From a bacterium (GTDB lineage: Bacteria; UBA8248): DNA of 64,000 nucleotides. Made by a program: the position numbers and the translations under genes. Shown one piece after another: positions 9,815 through 18,737 of the stretch (its first letter is position 1; each line of letters begins with the position of its first letter). The stretch covers positions 1,728,001 to 1,792,000 of the forward strand of contig CBDCRP010000003.1 in NCBI GenBank assembly GCA_965221165.1, written 5' to 3'. The notes beneath the pieces are model-generated. The model was given only the letters and a program-made list of their open reading frames with translations, was not told where the DNA came from and did not search any database.

Positions 9815-11296
9815 TCAGGTCTTTTTCGCGCGCCCTCTGCGGAAGATACCGTCGTAGAAGGTGAACACGGAAACGGCCATCAGAAGGGTGGCGATGGGGC
9901 TCGAGAGGAAATACCAGAACGGCTTGTTCTCGAATGTGATCAGGGCGCGGCGCAGATTCTCATCGGCCAGGGAGCCGAGGATGATGGCCAGAACCATGGG
10001 CGCCAGCGGAAGGCCCAAGCTTCTGAGAGCATAGCCGACGAAGCCCGAGGCCAGCATCACGTAGACGTCGAACATGCTCAGGCGCACGGCGTACGCCCCC
10101 AGGATGCAGATGGGGATGATGATGGGCATCAACAGGGTGCGGGGCAGGCTGTAGAGCTTCACCGCCGGCTTCACCAGCAGGAGGCCGAACACGTACATCA
10201 GGAAGTTGGCCACGATGAGCGCCCCGTAGATGAAATACACCAAGCCGGGGTTTTCGATGTTGATCGTGGGGCCCATCACCACGTGCTTGAGTTCCAGAGC
10301 GGCCATGAAGGCGGCGGCGGGCGGACTGCCCGGAATCCCGAGCGTGAGCGTGGGGAGAATGGTTCCTCCGATACAAGCGTTATTCGCCACCTCCCCGCAC
10401 ACGATGCCCTCGTAACTCCCCTTGCCGAACTTCGCGCGTTCTTCGGGACTCGCCCGGCGCTTGCCCACGTCGTAGGCCACGAAGGCGGCTATGTTCCCGC
10501 CCGCACCGGGGATGGCGCCAATCACCGTGCCGATGATGCCCGAGCGCACCGATGAGCGGGCGTATCGCCAGAGCATGGAGAAGGGAGGCACCACACGGTC
10601 CACTTTTTCGGGAATCGTGGACGGCTCTTTCTGGGGAAGCACCCAGAGAACCTCGGTGAGGCCGAAAAAACCGATGATCACCGGAATATAGCTGATGCCG
10701 TCCTCTAAGAGCACGTTTCCGAAGGTGAAGCGCGGAAAGCCGTATATGTTGTCGAGCCCGACGAAGGCGATGAGGAGCCCCAGCCAGCCGGATATCCAGC
10801 CCTTGATGGGGGCCTCGCCCGAGGTGAGCGTTCCGCAAATGGCGATCCCCCAAAGTGCCAGGAGGAACATCTCCCAGGAGCGGAACTGCAGGGCGATGAG
10901 CAAAATGAGGGGGATGAACGCCACCAGAAGCAGGATGCCCACCCAGTTCCCGAGAAACGAAGCCACCAGGGCGGTGCCCAGCGCCAGTCCGCCCTCCCCC
11001 CTTTGGGCCAGGGGGTACCCCTCGATCATGGTGGGAACGGCGGCGGGCGTGCCGGGGATGTTGATCAATACAGCGGTGATCGAACCGCCGAAGACGCTCG
11101 CCGTATACACGCCCAGCAGGAACATGATGGCCACGTCCTGGCTCATCTGGGTGGAAAGCCCGATCAGGAGCACCATGGACATGGTCGTCGAGATGCCCGG
11201 CATCGACCCCCAGAGCAATCCCAGGATGGTGCCCAGCATGCAGATGAACACCAGATACGGGTTCAGCGCATGGATGAGTTGCTCGATAAAAAACAT
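9815..11296 (-). CDS. tctA: Tripartite tricarboxylate transporter large permease TctA
   Basis: GSMPGIS, LINIPGTPAA, ANNAC.GG..PTLTLGIPGS motifs. Confidence 0.9.
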   Translation of the reverse strand: MFFIEQLIHALNPYLVFICMLGTILGLLWGSMPGISTTMSMVLLIGLSTQMSQDVAIMFLLGVYTASVFGGSITAVLINIPGTPAAVPTMIEGYPLAQRGEGGLALGTALVASFLGNWVGILLLVAFIPLILLIALQFRSWEMFLLALWGIAICGTLTSGEAPIKGWISGWLGLLIAFVGLDNIYGFPRFTFGNVLLEDGISYIPVIIGFFGLTEVLWVLPQKEPSTIPEKVDRVVPPFSMLWRYARSSVRSGIIGTVIGAIPGAGGNIAAFVAYDVGKRRASPEERAKFGKGSYEGIVCGEVANNACIGGTILPTLTLGIPGSPPAAAFMAALELKHVVMGPTINIENPGLVYFIYGALIVANFLMYVFGLLLVKPAVKLYSLPRTLLMPIIIPICILGAYAVRLSMFDVYVMLASGFVGYALRSLGLPLAPMVLAIILGSLADENLRRALITFENKPFWYFLSSPIATLLMAVSVFTFYDGIFRRGRAKKT

Positions 11297-11299
11297 GGC

Positions 11300-11941
11300 C
11301 TACCCCGAGCCCGGCAGCGGAATCCTGAAACCGTAGCGAAACGCGGCGGCCAGAACCATAGTCGATACGAAAGAGACGACGAGACACCGCAGAAAGGTCT
11401 TCGGCCAGAAGATGCGAAGGACAATCGCCAGCATGGGGATGGTGACGGCCTCGAAGCTGCTGAAACCGAACCGCCATCCCGCAATCTCCAGCGGGATCGC
11501 GACCTCGAACGTCACCCAATCGATGAGAAATATATAGAAAACCACCACGCCCATCAGGATGAGCGCCCATTGGTTCTCATAATCGGAGAAATAACCGCGC
11601 AGCAACTCTCCAGGCGAGAAATCCATACTCTCCCAGGCGCCCTTTTTGCGGGCGCTCGCCGCGAGACCCACGGTCATGGCCAGCAGGCTCAAGCCCGTCA
11701 AGACGGGCATGAAGCCCGGTGCGGTGAAGATGTTGCTCTCCGGGTTGGGCATGAGCAGCCCGAGGATAATGGCGAGAACCGCCACGGCGCCCACGAAGAT
11801 CGCCACCACCAGATCCTTTCCCGGAGTGGCGCCGTCCGCTCCCTCTTCGGAGAGAAGGGGGGAGGCGACGGAACTTTCCGGCTCATCCGCAGCTTCTGCA
11901 GGCGGATAGGTCTTGCGGTCATCGTCGTTCGAAGAAACCAT
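11300..11941 (-). CDS. tctB: TctB family small membrane subunit
   Basis: Four hydrophobic segments, APGFMP motif, C-terminal F.IPLP; lies between tctC and tctA. Confidence 0.75.
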   Translation of the reverse strand: MVSSNDDDRKTYPPAEAADEPESSVASPLLSEEGADGATPGKDLVVAIFVGAVAVLAIILGLLMPNPESNIFTAPGFMPVLTGLSLLAMTVGLAASARKKGAWESMDFSPGELLRGYFSDYENQWALILMGVVVFYIFLIDWVTFEVAIPLEIAGWRFGFSSFEAVTIPMLAIVLRIFWPKTFLRCLVVSFVSTMVLAAAFRYGFRIPLPGSG

Positions 11942-11982
11942 GCAACTCTCTCGGCATAGAACAAATCAAGGAAAACGGCCTT

Positions 11983-12022
11983 CCCGATAGGGCCGCCTCG
12001 TCTCTGGGGCGGCCCTATCGGG
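11983..12022 (-). terminator. Stem-loop between tctC and tctB
   Basis: CCCGATAGGGCCGCC...GGCGGCCCTATCGGG perfect 15-bp stem. Confidence 0.6.
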
Positions 12023-12046
12023 GCAGGCATTGCGTGATAAGCCCCT

Positions 12047-13195
12047 CTAGCTCATGCGGGGCTTGTATCCCTTGGGTGGCCACCAGGCGTCGAAATCCTT
12101 CGGGTCGGGCAATCCGAGTTCCTTGGGTCCGCGCACCTTTTTGCCGATGTGCTTCTGCAGCTTGAGCAACGTCGCAGCGCTCAGGCACTCGAGCTGCGCG
12201 GCCCGGCGATCCGCGTCCGCCCCCACGCGGATGTCGATCTGGAAGTACTTGCGCGTGGCGATTTTCCCGAAGGCTTCGGAATTGGCGGCCGCGATCCAGA
12301 CCGGCTTGATCTTCTCGAGCACGTCGACGGGCGTCTGCCGCCTCAGGGCGATGCTGTACATCCCGCCCATCGGTAACAGGGCCTTGAGCGCGGGTATGTA
12401 GTTGGCGATGTTGTAAGCCTTCCCGTAATCGGGGATGTCCAGATCCTTCGGCCCCGTGTGCATGAGGTTTCTCAGTTTGCCCGCCCGCAGGAATTCGACG
12501 TGTTCGTGCACGCCTCCACCGGCGATGTCCACCTCGCCTTGTAAGCCCGCGACGGTTGCGGGTTTTCCGCCCTTGTAGGGCACGAAGCGCAATTCGATGC
12601 CCGCTGCGTCCGCGACGGTGGCGCCCACCTCGTGCCAGATGCTGCCCACGCCCGAAGTCGAGATGGTGAGCTTGCCGGATTTCTTCTTGGCCGCGGCGAC
12701 TACGTCGTTGAAGGTCTTGAAAGGCGAGTCGGGCCGCACCGACCAGCTCGCGAGCGAAGCAGCCGCCGCGAAGTGCTGCCAGTCCACCCACGCCGCCGAA
12801 TCCGCGTATCCCATCGGCCGGACGAATTTGTTGTAGTTCCCGGCGCCCAGCCAGGTGTAGCCGTCCGCCGCCTTGTTGAGCACGTACCGGGTGGCTATCC
12901 CTCCCACCGAGCCGGGACGGTTGATGACGTTGACGGGCCAGCCGGTAGAGCGGGCCATCTCGCCGCACAGGGTGCGGATGACGGTGTCCGTGCCGCCGCC
13001 CGCGGCGTACATCACCACCCCCGTGATGGGGCGCGCGGGCCAGTTCGCGGCGCTCGCCTTTCTGGTCGTGAACACCATGGGTGCCACCGCGGCGGCGCCG
13101 GCGACCCCAAGGGTCTGGATAAAGCTCCTGCGCGTGAGATCGGATGATTCGGGGATGATGATTTCGGGATGCTCATGAAACTCTTTGCTGGACAT
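12047..13195 (-). CDS. tctC: TctC/Bug family substrate-binding protein with Tat signal
   Basis: TRRSFIQ twin-arginine signal, WPARPIT..AAGGGTD, ADGYT, VPYKGG; GGAGGAG RBS before ATG at 13195. Confidence 0.88.
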   Translation of the reverse strand: MSSKEFHEHPEIIIPESSDLTRRSFIQTLGVAGAAAVAPMVFTTRKASAANWPARPITGVVMYAAGGGTDTVIRTLCGEMARSTGWPVNVINRPGSVGGIATRYVLNKAADGYTWLGAGNYNKFVRPMGYADSAAWVDWQHFAAAASLASWSVRPDSPFKTFNDVVAAAKKKSGKLTISTSGVGSIWHEVGATVADAAGIELRFVPYKGGKPATVAGLQGEVDIAGGGVHEHVEFLRAGKLRNLMHTGPKDLDIPDYGKAYNIANYIPALKALLPMGGMYSIALRRQTPVDVLEKIKPVWIAAANSEAFGKIATRKYFQIDIRVGADADRRAAQLECLSAATLLKLQKHIGKKVRGPKELGLPDPKDFDAWWPPKGYKPRMS

Positions 13196-13436
13196 GATGC
13201 TCTCCTCCGGTTGAGATGAAAGGGCCGCTTGAGATAAAACGGCGACCGGGCACAGAACGTCGTCTGGCGCACGAACTGTCCAGAATTTCCTATTCTGTTT
13301 TTCGACTGACTGGATTTTATCACAAAAGGCGCACGGCATTGCAAACCATAATTTTGGGGACGCGGGCGAGAACTCTCTTCCGGTCGCGTCGGTATTATTT
13401 ATAACCGCATTCTCTCGATAAAACCGGGGAATAGTT

Positions 13437-13491
13437 CTTCATCCAATCGTAACCCGCTCAACACCCAATCGTAATTTGGCTGTGATAAAAT
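13437..13491 (+). promoter_or_regulatory. Candidate Pho-box array and extended -10 upstream of pfk
   Basis: Hexamers at 11-bp spacing: CTTCAT 13437, CGTAAC 13448, CAACAC 13459, CGTAAT 13470; then TGaTAAAAT at 13483-13491. Confidence 0.5.
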
Positions 13492-13545
13492 AGGCCGAAT
13501 GCGAAAAAGAGATGAATTCCACCTCACCAGAAGGAAACGCGAGAT

Positions 13546-14574
13546 ATGAAGCTAGGCGTATTGACGGGGGGCGGAGACTGCCCCGGCCTGAACGCGGTCA
13601 TCCGCGCGGTGACGGCATCGAATTTTCATCGCGGGAGCCATACGTTGGGCATTCGCCGTGGCTGGCGCGGCCTGGTGGATGGGGATTTCGTCGAAATTAC
13701 GGGCCCGATGATCTCGGGTATCCTCGATAAGGGCGGAACCATTCTGGGCTCCTCGAGAACGAACCCCACAAAAGACCCGGCCATGCTCGAACAACTCAAG
13801 GAAAACTGGCGCGCCTCGCGCATCGACGGCCTCATCGCCATCGGGGGGGATGATACGCTGAGCGTCGCCGCCTTCCTGAACAAGGAGGGCATGAACGTCA
13901 TCAGCGTGCCCAAGACGATAGACAACGACATCGGCTTCACGGACTACTCGTTCGGCTTCCACACCGCCGTCGGCGTCATCACCGACGCCATCGACCGCCT
14001 GCGCACCACGGCGGAGGCGCACGACCGCGTCATCATTTTAGAAGTCATGGGACGCCACTCGGGCTGGCTCGCCACCTATGCGGGAATCGCCGGCGGCGCG
14101 GACCTCATCCTCGTGCCCGAGCGTCCCTTCGACATCGAGGAGGTTGTCTCTGTTCTCAAGGCGCGCTTCGCACGCAGGCGCAACTTCGCCAACGTGGTCG
14201 TGGCCGAGGGCGCAAAGCCCGAAGGGATAGATAACTACATCACGCGCAGCGAGGCGGTGGATGAGTTCGGGCACGTGCAGCTTGGCGGAGTCGGCGAATA
14301 CCTCGCCCAGCAAATCGGGGACAGGATGAACGTGGATACGCGCGCCGTCATCCTGGGACACATCCAGCGAGGCGGCTCCCCCGTGCCCTACGACAGGGTG
14401 CTGGCGACGCGCCTGGGCGTGCGGGCGAGCGAATTCGCGCACGAGGGAACCTGGGGCGTCATGGCCGCGCTGCAGGGCCGCGACATCAACCCGGTTCCAC
14501 TGGGAGAAGTGCTCGGAAAGGTGAACACGCTGCGCGAGGATTTCTTCGACACCTCGGCGCTGTTTTTCGGATAG
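13546..14574 (+). CDS. pfkA: 6-phosphofructokinase with PPi-dependent signature
   Basis: LTGGGDCPGLN, GGTILGSSR, IGGDDT, PKTIDNDI, EVMGRHSG, GHIQRGG. Confidence 0.92.
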   Translation: MKLGVLTGGGDCPGLNAVIRAVTASNFHRGSHTLGIRRGWRGLVDGDFVEITGPMISGILDKGGTILGSSRTNPTKDPAMLEQLKENWRASRIDGLIAIGGDDTLSVAAFLNKEGMNVISVPKTIDNDIGFTDYSFGFHTAVGVITDAIDRLRTTAEAHDRVIILEVMGRHSGWLATYAGIAGGADLILVPERPFDIEEVVSVLKARFARRRNFANVVVAEGAKPEGIDNYITRSEAVDEFGHVQLGGVGEYLAQQIGDRMNVDTRAVILGHIQRGGSPVPYDRVLATRLGVRASEFAHEGTWGVMAALQGRDINPVPLGEVLGKVNTLREDFFDTSALFFG

Positions 14575-14581
14575 CCCGCCG

Positions 14582-14745
14582 AGCATCTCCCCGCATTTCC
14601 GCGCATATGCCGGTGCGGCGTTTCGCCCGGACCCCCTAGACTCGGCAAAGTACCGAACGCGGGAGGGTGGTGCGCCCGCGCCGGGGGTGAATTCGGGAAA
14701 GTAATTTTCGGGAATTTGTCGAATTTTGTCGAAATTTTCAGATAT
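14582..14745. repeat. 10-bp-phased array (GCAT units, then AATTTT units)
   Basis: GCATCTCCCC/GCATTTCCGC/GCATATGCCG at 14583/14593/14603; AATTTTCGGG/AATTTGTCGA/ATTTTGTCGA/AATTTTCAGA at 14703-14742. Confidence 0.6.
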
Positions 14746-14747
14746 TC

Positions 14748-15098
14748 GGCGGCGACCGGCTGGTCGGCGGCGAGGGCAAAGACCGCATCTACGGCCGCTA
14801 GGGCAAAGACACCCTCACCGGCGGAACCGGGGACGACACGCTCACCGGCGTGGCCGGGGCCGACACCTTCGTGTTCAACCCCGATGACGGGAACGACACG
14901 ATCGCCGATTTCGAAAACGGCGCGGACAAGATCGATCTCTCCGCCGTCTCCTCGATAAGCGGGTATTCCGACCTCACGATCACGCAGGAGGGCGACGACA
15001 CGAAGATCGACTTGAGCGCCCACGGCGGGAGCGAGATAATACTCGATAATTTCACCTCGACCGATCTGGACGCGTCGGATTTCGAGTTTGGGATGTAG
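14748..15098 (+). pseudogene. 5'-truncated RTX (hemolysin-type Ca-binding repeat) gene with in-frame TAG
   Basis: Reads GGDRLVGGEGKDRIYGR*GKDTLTGGTGDDTLTGVAGADTFVF...DASDFEFGM; TAG at 14799-14801; no start codon between in-frame TGA 14688 and 14748. Confidence 0.75.
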
Positions 15099-15209
15099 CG
15101 CGCATCCGGGCCGCTTGCACGTGCCGGCTTGAAACATCAAAATCGCTGCAACCATGAAATCCCCGCCATCTCATAATGGAGACGACGGGAATGGAAAAGG
15201 AGATACCCC

Positions 15210-15620
15210 ATGACGGACGAAACCAAAATAGGCACTGAGTTTGGCGACGTATTATATGGCGGCGAAGGCGACGACGAATTGTATGGCGGCGCGGGCAAAG
15301 ACCAGCTGTTCGGTGGTGATGGGGACGACACCATCGAGGGCGGCGAGCGCGGCGACATACTCACCGGTGGGGCCGGGGCCGACACCTTTGTATATTCCAC
15401 CGGTGACGGAAGAGACACGATCACCGACTTCACCGACGGGGAAGACAAGATCGACCTCTCCGGGACCGGCATCACCAGTTTTGACGACCTGACGTTCAGG
15501 CAGGATGGGAACGACGCCGTGATCGACCTCGGCACCAGCGACAATCCCGACGACGTGATCCTGCTCGAGAACTTCGATATGAACAACTTCGATGCATCGG
15601 ATTTCGACTTTGGGATGTGA
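15210..15620 (+). CDS. Small RTX-repeat calcium-binding protein, likely T1SS substrate
   Basis: GGxGxDxL nonapeptides ([32 protein letters not shown]), [15 protein letters not shown]-terminal ASDFDF; AGGAG RBS. Confidence 0.85.
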   Translation: MTDETKIGTEFGDVLYGGEGDDELYGGAGKDQLFGGDGDDTIEGGERGDILTGGAGADTFVYSTGDGRDTITDFTDGEDKIDLSGTGITSFDDLTFRQDGNDAVIDLGTSDNPDDVILLENFDMNNFDASDFDFGM

Positions 15621-15682
15621 TACGCATCCGGGCCGCTCGCCCGGGCCTGTCCGGTCCGGGAACGCAAAAGCCGACGACAACA

Positions 15683-15722
15683 TGATCCCCGCTGTCATGT
15701 CAGGAGACGGCGGGGATTTTTT
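15683..15722 (+). terminator. Rho-independent terminator after the RTX gene
   Basis: ATCCCCGCTGTC-loop-GACGGCGGGGAT followed by a T run. Confidence 0.7.
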
Positions 15723-15896
15723 GTGTCTCGGGATGAAAAATTCTCTACCCCTCACTTGCGCACAGAGACATCCATCCTCAGGCCATGAGAAGCAGAGTAA
15801 TACCGATTGACGAAGGGAGGGATTGGCGCGTCATTCCGGCGTAGGCCATTAAATGGCTACGAGAGATGAGATGGGCCGCCGGGTCTGCCATATCGA

Positions 15897-15991
<95 letters not shown>

Positions 15992-16088
15992 GCGTCATGT
16001 GGCTACTCGGACAATCGCGAATCGACCATGCGGGGATTTGTATATCACGGACAATGCTGAACTGTCAGTCCGGCATTCACTTTTCGCC

Positions 16089-16117
16089 TTGACTTTTCCT
16101 CTCACTTTTTCGATGAT
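16089..16117 (+). promoter_or_regulatory. Sigma70-like promoter divergent from tRNA-Ser
   Basis: TTGACT (16089) - 17 bp - GATGAT (16112). Confidence 0.55.
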
Positions 16118-16122
16118 CCCAA

Positions 16123-16297
16123 GTACGTCAGAAAGGAGGTGATCCTAATATGAAAATACACTGTAGGGACGAGGTGACCGGCGCCTAGGGGAGAGAGCCC
16201 TGAGGAGATTCCCCCGGGTTCATTCTTCGCCCAGGCGAATCCCCACCAGGTCACCGAACGATGTGAAACCCCGGTCCGAGAGGGCCGGGGTTTTTCA
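16123..16297 (+). ncRNA. Candidate structured small RNA / micro-ORF transcript
   Basis: Between promoter and terminator; AGAAAGGAGGTGATCC at 16130-16145; GGTGACC 16173 pairs with GGTCACC 16249 and encloses two hairpins. Confidence 0.5.
16150..16188 (+). CDS. 12-aa micro-ORF MKIHCRDEVTGA
   Basis: ATG directly downstream of an extended Shine-Dalgarno; TAG at 16186-16188. Confidence 0.4.
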   Translation: MKIHCRDEVTGA

Positions 16298-16302
16298 CGT
16301 CG
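16259..16302 (+). terminator. Rho-independent terminator
   Basis: AAACCCCGGTCC-GAGA-GGGCCGGGGTTTTT, extendable by CGATGTG/CACGTCG. Confidence 0.75.
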
Positions 16303-16363
16303 CGCCATTTGCGAAACTCTCACTTTTCACATCATCTGTTTTCAAGGATAAGGAGCGCGTTTC

Positions 16364-16822
16364 ATGTCTCAGACGAGTTGGACGGTCTATCTTTCAGGAG
16401 AAGTGCACACCGACTGGCGCGAGCGAATCACCGAGGGCGCGGAGAAGGCGGGGCTGCCGATCACCTTTCTCGCCCCCGTCACGGACCACGACGCGAGTGA
16501 CGATTGCGGCGTATCGATTCTCGGCGGTGAGGAAAAACCGTTCTGGAAAGACCGCAAGGGCGCGGGCGTGAACGCCATCAGAACGCGCACGCTGATTGAA
16601 AAGGCCGACGTGGTGGTCGTTCGCTTCGGGGAGAAATACAGGCAGTGGAACGCCGCGTTCGACGCGGGCTACGCGGCGGCTCTGGGAAAAGCCGTTATCA
16701 CCTTACACGACCCGGGCCACACCCATGCGCTCAAGGAAGTCGACGCCGCCGCCATGGCCGTGGCCGAAGAACCCGAGCAGGTGGTGCGGATTCTGGGCTA
16801 CGCCATCAACGGAACTTTATAG
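16364..16822 (+). CDS. YtoQ family protein (nucleoside 2-deoxyribosyltransferase-like fold)
   Basis: VYLSGEVHTDWRE, RFGEKYRQWNAAFDAGYAAALGK, HALKEVD; AAGGAG RBS. Confidence 0.85.
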   Translation: MSQTSWTVYLSGEVHTDWRERITEGAEKAGLPITFLAPVTDHDASDDCGVSILGGEEKPFWKDRKGAGVNAIRTRTLIEKADVVVVRFGEKYRQWNAAFDAGYAAALGKAVITLHDPGHTHALKEVDAAAMAVAEEPEQVVRILGYAINGTL

Positions 16823-16925
16823 AGGGCGTATATATTTGCCCCTCTCCGGGGTCTTCGCCTGCGCGCATTTATCCCGAATCAACGGCGCCACACCCTGAGC
16901 CACCTTGGGCGTGGGACGCATATCT

Positions 16926-17310
16926 GGGGCTGTTGAAAAAGCCCCCCCAAAAAAACAGGGAATGGATTTCTCAATCGACATACGCTTATAAAATGACTCC
17001 TCCCCTTGAGGGTCGGGCATCTCCTCTTCGGGATGCCCGACAGCAATACGTGCAGCAAGAAATTCACTCCCCCCTTGAGGGGGAGTCAGCAAGGCAAGGA
17101 CGAAGTCCGCAGCCGCGCTGGTGGGGGGTGAATTCCGACTGAGAAAGGAGGATTTGCGCCTTTTGTAGGGGCCGCCCCTCCTCGGGACTGCCCCACCGTT
17201 CGCGAACGGCCCCTACGGAGAGAGCCAAATAGAGCCGTCATTCCGGTGTCAAACCCGATCAATGAGGGAGGTCAAACCCGACCGAGGAGCGAGGGTTTGC
17301 GACCGGGGAG
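16926..17310. repeat. Cluster of REP-like palindromes plus an orphan IS/MITE terminal repeat
   Basis: GGGGCTGTTGAAAAAG (16926); ACTCCCCCCTTGAGGGGGAGT (17066); GTAGGGGCCG...CGGCCCCTAC (17165-17216); GTCATTCCGG..CAAACCCGA..AGGGTTTG (from 17237). Confidence 0.65.
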
Positions 17311-17663
17311 GCGTCGTGCTCCTTTTTAATACTCGAACACCGTGGGGCCGTCCACTTTTTAGGCCAACGCCTACGACGGCGGCGACCAGATAACGTGACG
17401 CTTTGCAGATCGGCGGCGCCGGCTTCGATGTCATGAAATCGGTGAGCGCATGAGCCGGGAATGAAACCGTAATGGGGGCGCTTGGGTCAGGTCCGAGTTT
17501 AGGTTCGAACCACCATCGGGAACGTGAGGCTGGTCGCCCGATCCGATTATTGCGAAAATAGTATGATTCTCCTAAAATTCCCCCCGGAATCATCGGGAGG
17601 AGAGGAAGGGTCGTTTTTTCGGGCCATTCGCAGTTATTTTGTCCGACCAGAGAGGAGGCTCCG

Positions 17664-18692
17664 ATGCGGGCCATGGTTCTGCATGAATGGGGAGGTCCCC
17701 TGACGCTCGAAACGGTGCCCGACCCGGCGCCGGGTATCGGAGAAGTCGTGCTGCGCGTGCGCGCCTGCGCGCCGGATCAGTTCGACGTGACCATCCGCGC
17801 GGGCCGGATCGGCGGAAAGCTGCCCCTCATCATGGGGCACGAGATCGCGGGCGAGGTGGCCGCGCGGGGGCCGGGCGTCGAGGGATGGGAGGAGGGCGCC
17901 CGCGCGGTCGTCCACGCCTATCTCACCTGCGGGCGGTGCCGGTTTTGCCTGCTCGGTCGGGTGACCCTCTGCGAGAATTTCCGGGGCTACTTCGGGGTGC
18001 ATCGAGACGGCGGCTACGCCGAGTACGTGCGGGTCCCGGCGGAGAACCTGTGCGCCATTCCCGAAGGAGTGGGGTACGCCGAGGCCACGACCATCGTGAG
18101 CCCGGTGGCGACCCCGCTCAAGGCCATCAAAACGCGCGCGGGCGTGCGCCCGGGGGATGACGTGGTCGTCGTCGGCGCCTGCGGCGGCGTGGGAATTCAC
18201 GCCGTCCAGATCGCCAAGGCCTTCGGCGCGCGCGTCATCGCGGTGGACATCGACGACGCCAAGCTCGCCCGGGCCCGGGAGTTGGGCGCGGACCACGCGG
18301 TGAACGGCCTGGAGGAGGACTTCGCCGCGGTCGTGAGGGAGGTCACGCACGGCAAGGGAGCCGAGGCCGTGCTGGAGTTCGTGGGCACGGAGCAGACGTT
18401 GCCGAAGAGCTTCGCTTCGCTGACGAGGACGGGCGTCCTCGTCGTCGTGGGCTTTCAACCGGGAACGGTCTTCGCGAGCGACCCCACCCGCTTCGTGGAC
18501 GATGAGATCACGGTGACCGGCTCGCGCTACGTGAATCGCGCGGAGTTGGCCGAGGCCGCCGCCTGGGTCGGGTCGGGCCGGGTGAAGCCGGTCGTTTCGG
18601 GGACGTACCCCCTGGCCGAGGTGGAGAAGGCGCTGGCCGACCTCTCGGAAAACCGGGTGGTCGGTCGAGCGCCGATTCTGATCGATTCGTGA
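17664..18692 (+). CDS. Zinc-binding alcohol dehydrogenase (MDR family)
   Basis: GHEIAG, CGRCRFC...C structural Zn site, GACGGVG Rossmann motif; GAGGAGG RBS. Confidence 0.9.
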   Translation: MRAMVLHEWGGPLTLETVPDPAPGIGEVVLRVRACAPDQFDVTIRAGRIGGKLPLIMGHEIAGEVAARGPGVEGWEEGARAVVHAYLTCGRCRFCLLGRVTLCENFRGYFGVHRDGGYAEYVRVPAENLCAIPEGVGYAEATTIVSPVATPLKAIKTRAGVRPGDDVVVVGACGGVGIHAVQIAKAFGARVIAVDIDDAKLARARELGADHAVNGLEEDFAAVVREVTHGKGAEAVLEFVGTEQTLPKSFASLTRTGVLVVVGFQPGTVFASDPTRFVDDEITVTGSRYVNRAELAEAAAWVGSGRVKPVVSGTYPLAEVEKALADLSENRVVGRAPILIDS

Positions 18693-18737
18693 GAGCGCGT
18701 CCCGCGCAGTTCTCTTGAGACGCTTTCATTTCAGAAT

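Noticed and set aside
14799-14801. Pyrrolysine or stop-codon readthrough in the RTX gene
   Set aside because: The gene also lacks a start, other genes in the window use TAG as stop, and no pyl genes are visible; a GAG-to-TAG mutation is simpler.
16130-16145. Minus-strand 16S rRNA fragment
   Set aside because: The match stops at GGATCACC; the adjacent 16S sequence (GGCT and helix 45) is absent, so it is not an rRNA remnant.
16123-16297. SRP RNA, 6S RNA or tmRNA
   Set aside because: No SRP GGAA-loop/AGCAG motif, no long end-to-end 6S duplex and no tRNA-like ends.
17310-17600. Possible gene remnant upstream of the ADH gene
   Set aside because: No frame gave a recognisable protein motif.
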